From assembly GCA_002269645.1 (NCBI GenBank), contig NIVC01000353.1:1-64000 (forward strand): DNA of 64,000 bases. The letters run 5' to 3'. The stretch's first letter is position 1, and every line of letters begins with the position of its first letter. The translations under genes and the position numbers were made by a program. Shown in pieces: positions 58,014 through 64,000 of the stretch. This DNA comes from Macrostomum lignano. Taxonomy: Eukaryota. The notes below the pieces were generated by a model. It was not told the origin of the DNA. It did no database searches and worked only from the letters and a program-made list of their open reading frames with translations.

Positions 58014-61000
58014 ATGCTAAAAGACAACTTCAAACTGCTGTTGCTGCTTCTAGCAGCGCTGCTTTGCCAAATTGTTCACTGTCAGCAGAGCTGTCCATCG
58101 TCAGATTGGATTGAAAATGGAGCATTCTGCTACCTGCTAGTCAATGGCACAACCGGTAGGAGCTTCGACGAGGCCAGGACAGACTGTCAGGGTCGAGCGA
58201 ACGGCGCCGATTTGCTGTGGATTTCGACAGACAGCGAACTGAGCTGGTTTGAGGACTACCAGGCCAGGGCGTGGAACATTAAGAAGAACTGGGCGCAATG
58301 CACCGACTGTGGCAGACGTGTGGAAGCCGCCTGGATCGGTGCCTACAGAGACGATTTGGGAATTTTCCGTTGGATAAGAGACAGCCAAGCGGTGGAAATC
58401 AATTTGTAAGTTGTTGAGATGCTTGAAATCGACAGTTACTACTCTAGCTGTACCGGCATTTGATTGCGAGTACACTTTGAAAAAATTATTTAGTTGAAAC
58501 GTTAAGCATGCCTATAAAGTCAATGGAAATTAGAAAATATTTGCTTATGCTTGCCTTTCTGTTCGAAATTAAAACCAGCAACCTTAGCCTAAATTAACGC
58601 TGTTATGAATATTTCAGCAAATGGTACTTTGGCCAGCCTAAGGACACGCCGCTAGATTACATCCTAGCAGACGACACCGGATCAAGCATCCGGTACCGGA
58701 CTGACACCAGAGAGGCCAACAGAAAGTTCTGGCACTTCTGCAAAGTGCAGCACAAAGAGCCCACAACAACCACCCCAATGCCGACTACAACGCTGCCTCC
58801 GTACCTCGGTCCGTGTCCAACTCGATACTGGACCGAGCAGGGCGACTCCTGCTACCTGCTGGTCAAGGGCGAGTCCGGTCGTAGCGTCGATGAGGCCGAA
58901 GCAGACTGCTCAGCTCGGAGCTCTAAGGCCGGACTCTTGTGGATCGAGACGGCAGACGAGGCCGCCTGGGTCATGAACAACTCAAAGTCGGCGTGGAACC
59001 TGAAGAGAGACTGGTCTGAGTGCAAGGACTGCCAGTCCGATGCTACAGCTTGGATGTCGCTGAGAAGAACCGGAGACGTGTGGACTTGGGGAGCAAAGAC
59101 AGGCATCGATCAGTCTGCAGTGTCAGTGTCTCTACAAACAGTGTCTCATTCCCTTGCTTCAATAGCAGCATAACTTACATATCTGAAATCCTGACATTGT
59201 CCATTTCAGACGGTGGTTCACCGGTCACCCTAGAGCTACACCGAACGACTTTGCTTCGCTGTACGACACAGGAAACAGCAACGATCTTTGTGTGAGGAGC
59301 GAGACCGCCGGGTCCAAGATGTGGCACATTTGCAAGTTCCGGTTCAGAGAAAGCACAGCCACGACTCCGCCGTCTACGTCGACACAGCCGGCAACCAGCT
59401 CCGTCACCACCTCCGCGCCTACAACGACGCCGTACGAAGGAGCTTGTCCTTCATCCGAATGGATCGAGAACGGAGCTTTCTGCTACATTCTGGTCAAAGG
59501 AGCGACTGGTAGGAGCTTCGATGAAGCCAGGACTGACTGTCAAAGTCGGAACGCAGGCTCCGATCTGCTGTGGTTCTCCGACCAAAATGAGCTGAACTGG
59601 TTCCAGGACTACAGTGCTAGGCAGTGGAACATCAAGCAGGACTGGGATCAGTGCACAGACTGTGTGAGAGGCATCGAAGCAGCTTGGATCGGGTTGTACA
59701 GGGATGTTGCTACAGGCGAGTTCAAGTGGCTCAAGACTGGACTGGCGAACGAACTGACCTTGTAAGTTAAATCTATTTGGACATTTATTTATTTGTTTTG
59801 AAGCAACGCAGTGGATTAGATTAGAGAAGAAGATCAAAGAGCATTTATCATTCATTCAATTCGACGAAATGAAATCAAAGTTCAACTTTTCCGTCAGTGG
59901 TCGGCATGGAGACAATCAAATTGTCTCAATATATCATGGCCTATTATTTAAATTAAAGAAAAAAGTACGCATTTGGTACTGGTATTGTTGTTAAATTCAG
60001 ATAAAAATGTTGGATTCCCTTGGTGCCACGGTACTTTCCTCGAAATACTCGTACAATACTATTGGCTTTGGAGACCTATTTCGTCATCTGAGTTTTATTT
60101 CTGCTTTACAAGCTGGCCACTTAATTAAATTAATTTTTTAGTGGACGAGCTTTGTGTTGAGGATATACGAGCGTATTATTTATATAGTTTGCCAACCCCT
60201 ACGGCTAAAGAATTTCGTAGACTAAAGAAATCGATAGTATATCTCCGGTGCCCCTAGAATGACGTCGACCTGGTGCCTCTAACAATGTCCATCCATGTCT
60301 CTAATCATGTCCATCTCGTGTCTCTAGTATGTCCATCCAGTTACTTCCAATAATGTCAAGCTAGTGTCTCTAGCAATGTCAATCTAGTTCTAGTGCGTCT
60401 ATTGATGCCAAGCTAGTGCCTCTGATAATGTCAGGCTAGTGCCTCTGATAATGCCAAGCTAGTGCCTCTGATAATGGCAAGCTAGTGCCTCTGATAATTT
60501 CAATTTAGTGCCTCTGATAATGGCAAGCTAGTGCCTCTGATAATGTCAGGCTAGTGCCTCTGATAATGTCAGGCTAGTGCCTCTGATAATGGCAAGCTAG
60601 TGCCTCTGATAATGTCAGGCTAGTGCCTCTGATAATGGCAAGCTAGTGCCTCTAATAATTTCAACTTAGTGCCTCTAATAATGTCAATCTAGTGCCTCTA
60701 ATAATTTCAACTTAGTGCCTCTAAAAATGTCAATCTAGTGCCTCTAATAATTTCAACTTAGTGCCTCTAATAATGTCAATCTAGTGCCTCAAATAATTCT
60801 CTACTAATACGTTAGATGATGTCTATCTGGTTTATCTAACAATGTCAATCTATTGTCACTCTGATGGTATCCCTCTGATGCATCCGACGCCAAAATGGTT
60901 GCAGATTTAAAATGTTCAGATTTTAGATGGCCTTGATATTATAGGGGGTAGCCATTACGAACCTTTGTTTTAACGGCAGCTCTGAGCTGATACTCTGTCG

Positions 61001-62438
61001 CAGTAGGGTAAGCTGGAGCTCAGCTTGGACCATGGAATCACTCAAGTTTCATTTTGAGTTACTCTGTCAACCTAGCAAAGTCATGCATGCGATACAAGGG
61101 GATTAAACAAAAAGGTACAACAGAGGCGAAATAAAAAAACGAAAGTAAAAGCCAAAACACTATTTTCTAATGCGCCGACCAAAAGCTTAGCTGAACAGCA
61201 AAACTTTGCAAACAAGCGAGCACCATACAACTTACGTCGAACACACAGAATACTAATAACTAATTAATCATTCGCTAGATATCCAAAGTGACAAATATAC
61301 TTAAAATGAAGATCTCACTTTTCGAATCCATTCATAAAATAGAGACTGGTGGCTCAGCAATCCGAAGGACTCGCCGGCCGACTTTGTCATCGCAGACGAT
61401 ACCGGGTCTCAAATGCGGTATCGCTCCGAGACCAGAGAAGCCAACAGAAAGTTCTGGCACTTTTGCAAAGTGCAGCACAAAGAACCCACAACAACCACCC
61501 CAATGCCGACTACAACGCTGCCTCCGTACCTCGGTCCGTGTCCAACTCGATACTGGACCGAGCAGGGCGACTCCTGCTACCTGCTGGTCAAGGGCGAGTC
61601 CGGTCGTAGCGTCGATGAGGCCGAAGCAGACTGCTCAGCTCGGAGCTCTAAGGCCGGACTCTTGTGGATCGAGACGGCAGACGAGGCCGCCTGGGTCATG
61701 AACAACTCAAAGTCGGCGTGGAACCTGAAGAGAGACTGGTCTGAGTGCAAGGACTGCCAGTCCGCTGCTACAGCTTGGATGTTGCTGAGAAGAACCGGAG
61801 ACGTGTGGACTTGGGGAGCAAAGACCGGCATCGATCAGTCTGCAGTGTCAGTGTCTCTACAAACAGTGTCTCATTCCCTTGCTTCAATAGCAGCATAACT
61901 TACCTATCTGAAATCCTGACATTGTCCATTTCAGACGGTGGTTCACCGGTCACCCTAGAGCTACACCGAACGACTTTGCTTCGCTGTACGACACAGGAAA
62001 CAGCAACGATCTTAGCGTGAGGAGCGAGACCGCCGGGTCCAAGATGTGGCACATTTGCAAGTTCCGGTTCAGAGAAAGCACAGCCACGACTGGCCCACCC
62101 ACTACTCCAACGCCGCACCTTGGCGTTTGTCCCGGTCCCGAGTGGCGAGAGTTCTCAGCCTGGTGCTACTTGCTGGTCAAAGGCTCCAGCGGTCGAACAT
62201 TCGAGCAGGCTAGGGAGGACTGCAGATCCAGGGGAACCGATGTGGACCTTCTGTGGATTGACGCAGATGAGGAGGAGACCTGGTGGGTGGACCACTCCGA
62301 GCGCTCCTGGAACATCAAAGCTGACTGGTCGCAGTGCACCGACTGCTCCGGTGCCGAAGGTGCTTGGGTCGGGATGTTCAGAGACTCGAATGGAATATTT
62401 CGATGGAGTCGCAATAATAAAGTGGTGGAAAGGCACAT
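58014..62438 (+). CDS. Multi-domain C-type lectin-like protein with signal peptide (at least 5 CTLDs with Thr/Pro-rich linkers), 3'-partial
   Basis: Exons 58014-58405, 58618-59121, 59210-59761, 61343-61846 and 61935-62438; all introns are phase 2 at the same position within the domain. Signal peptide MLKDNFKLLLLLLAALLCQIVHC. Each domain has CP..W....CY, A...C, WIG/WVG/WMS and W..G.P...WH.CK. The intron starting at 62439 runs off the window. Confidence 0.9.
60340..60800. repeat. 23-bp minisatellite (CTAGTGCCTCTGATAATGTCAGG) in lectin intron 3
   Basis: About 17 good copies at 60410-60800, with degenerate copies to the left. Confidence 0.92.
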
Positions 62439-62518
62439 GTAAGTGTATTGTACTCTTGTAGATATCTTATAAAGTTGTCTGTCCAAGTGTGGGATATTAC
62501 TAGTTTTCTAGTTTGATA

Positions 62519-63600
62519 CTAGCAATCTACGCCCCCCGTTGGGGAGCCAAAGAAATGCAATACACGTTTTTTTAATAAACTACATGTATCCTTGAAATCT
62601 TAAAAAATCTCCTGTCAAACCTTGTAAGTCTTGACATGTCAGTAATTCCCCCCCCCACAAGCTTTAACATATCAACTTCCCCCCTTGACATCTCAGCAAT
62701 GCCCCAAATAAGCCTTGGAAATCTAAAAATATCTGTCAACCTTCTAACCCTAACCCTAGCCTAACCCTAACCCTAACCCTAACCCTAACCCTAACCTAAC
62801 CCTAAAGCATTGAAATTTCAGTAATTCTCTCTAAGAGTCATTATAGCACTACTACAGCATTATAGCGATTCCCTGCAAGCCTCGACATCGTAGAGATTCC
62901 CAAATGAATCTCTTAACTTCGACATGAAGCTTATTTTATTTTTTACATTACGCTTTTTTTATCAGCGATCCCTCCCCAGAGGAGGCATCAAATAATGTAA
63001 TAAAAAGTTTTCAATAAACTACATGTAGCTTCTGACTTTAGCCTTGAAATCTCATTTATACCCCCGTGAACCTTGACATCTCAGATATTCCCCCGTAAGT
63101 CTTAACATGTCAGCGATGGCCCCCATAAACCTTGAAATCTAAAAAATCCCCTGTTATTCTGTTAACCTTGAAATCCGATAAAATATAACCCTCAACCCAC
63201 ACCTGACCTAAACCTAACTTTAACCCAACCTAAAGCCTTGAAATCTCAGCAATTCTTCTCCCCTAAGCCTTGACATTTTAGTGATTCCTTCTTTAAGAAT
63301 CACAGCACTATAACGATTTCCACCAAGCTTTGACATCGTAGCAATTCCCAAATGAATCTTTTAACTTCGACATGACTTTTCTTTTATGTATACGTAGTGC
63401 TACTTTTATTTTTTACATGACTCTTCTTCTATCAGCGCCCCCCCCGTGGCGAGCCAACAAATAATGCAATAAAAAAATTGAGTAAAGTACATGAACTTTG
63501 AAGTAGCTTCTGACTTTTGCTTTGACATCTCAGAACCCCCCCCCCTCGTAATCTCAGTTATTCTCTGAGAGCCTTTACGTCTCAGTTTTTCTCCCCAGCA
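62519..63600 (-). mobile_element. Second Helitron-like non-autonomous element (3' end at 62519) with about 440-470-bp internal repeats and a (CCCTAA)n tract
   Basis: The minus strand reads GCTCCCC-AAC-GGGGGGCGTAGATTG-CTAG|T, i.e. a GC hairpin about 10 nt before CTAG followed by T. Internal repeats start near 62521, 62961 and 63431. (CCCTAA)n at about 62744-62805. 5' end not located. Confidence 0.55.
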
Positions 63601-63619
63601 CAGCATTATAGCTGCATTT

Positions 63620-64000
63620 AATTTTTACATGACACCCTTCATGTCTGACATGACGCTTCTTTTATTCTACCATGATGCTTCTTAATTTTTTAAATGACAC
63701 TTTCATTAGTTTTTAAATGAGGCTCCTATGATTTTTTCATGACGCTTCTATGATTTTTACATGACACTTCTATGATTTTTTATATGACGCTTCTATGATT
63801 GTTTATATGACGCTTCTATGCTTTTTACATGACGCTTCTATGATTTTTTTACATAACGCTTCCATGATTGTTTACATGACGCTTCTATGATTGTTTACAT
63901 GACGCTTCTATGATTGTTTACATGACGCTTCTATGATTTTTTACATGACGCTTCTATGATTGTTTACATGACGCTTCTATGATTGTTTATACGACGCTTC
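63620..64000. repeat. 23-bp minisatellite (TTTACATGACGCTTCTATGATTG), runs off the window
   Basis: Direct tandem copies, becoming more homogeneous toward the window end. Confidence 0.95.

Noticed and set aside
43581-62486. Antisense and alternative-frame ORFs overlapping exons of ANKMY1 and the lectin gene (and likewise of the integrin and TIR genes)
   Set aside because: They are shadows of GC-rich coding sequence with no recognisable domains.
1282-62805. (CCCTAA)n tracts as a true telomere
   Set aside because: The tracts are short (about 10 copies at most) and embedded at fixed positions inside mobile-element units.
22842-64000. Short tandem arrays as CRISPR arrays
   Set aside because: There are no unique spacers, units are directly adjacent, no cas genes are present, and the context is eukaryotic and intronic.

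Overview
Eukaryotic (invertebrate animal) genomic DNA, not prokaryotic. Evidence: GT-AG spliced genes for an integrin beta, ANKMY1 and a multi-CTLD lectin, plus (CCCTAA)n tracts. The minisatellite-swollen introns are reminiscent of the flatworm Macrostomum, but this is inference only. Layout: (1) 1-21028 is a head-to-tail array of at least 9 non-autonomous Helitron-like elements. Each has a 5' T(C)TATATAC...(GTCT)n start, 440-460 bp subrepeats, a (CCCTAA)n tract, a 30-bp minisatellite, a GA-rich tract, a 3' CTCCTCC-nnn-GGAGGAG hairpin and a CTCG end. (2) 264 bp downstream is a 4-exon, 292-aa gene with a TIR domain (putative catalytic Glu73 intact) fused to a beta-trefoil domain; this is the best candidate for an undescribed immune-signalling protein. 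(3) A 6-exon integrin beta gene lies on the minus strand (37990->28540, 818 aa). (4) ANKMY1 (MORN-ankyrin-MYND) spans 42975-55456 in 13-14 exons, with two candidate alternative last exons and a 21-nt microexon. (5) A signal-peptide-bearing multi-C-type-lectin gene (58014->62438, continuing beyond the window) has atypical CxxC-containing domains and a 661-bp near-identical internal duplication. Almost every large intron carries its own private minisatellite. Several MITE, foldback, SINE and LTR-like remnants are present. Most long ORFs in the supplied track are artefacts of the repeats. All exon structures were assembled by hand from GT-AG sites and frame continuity; no database search was run.
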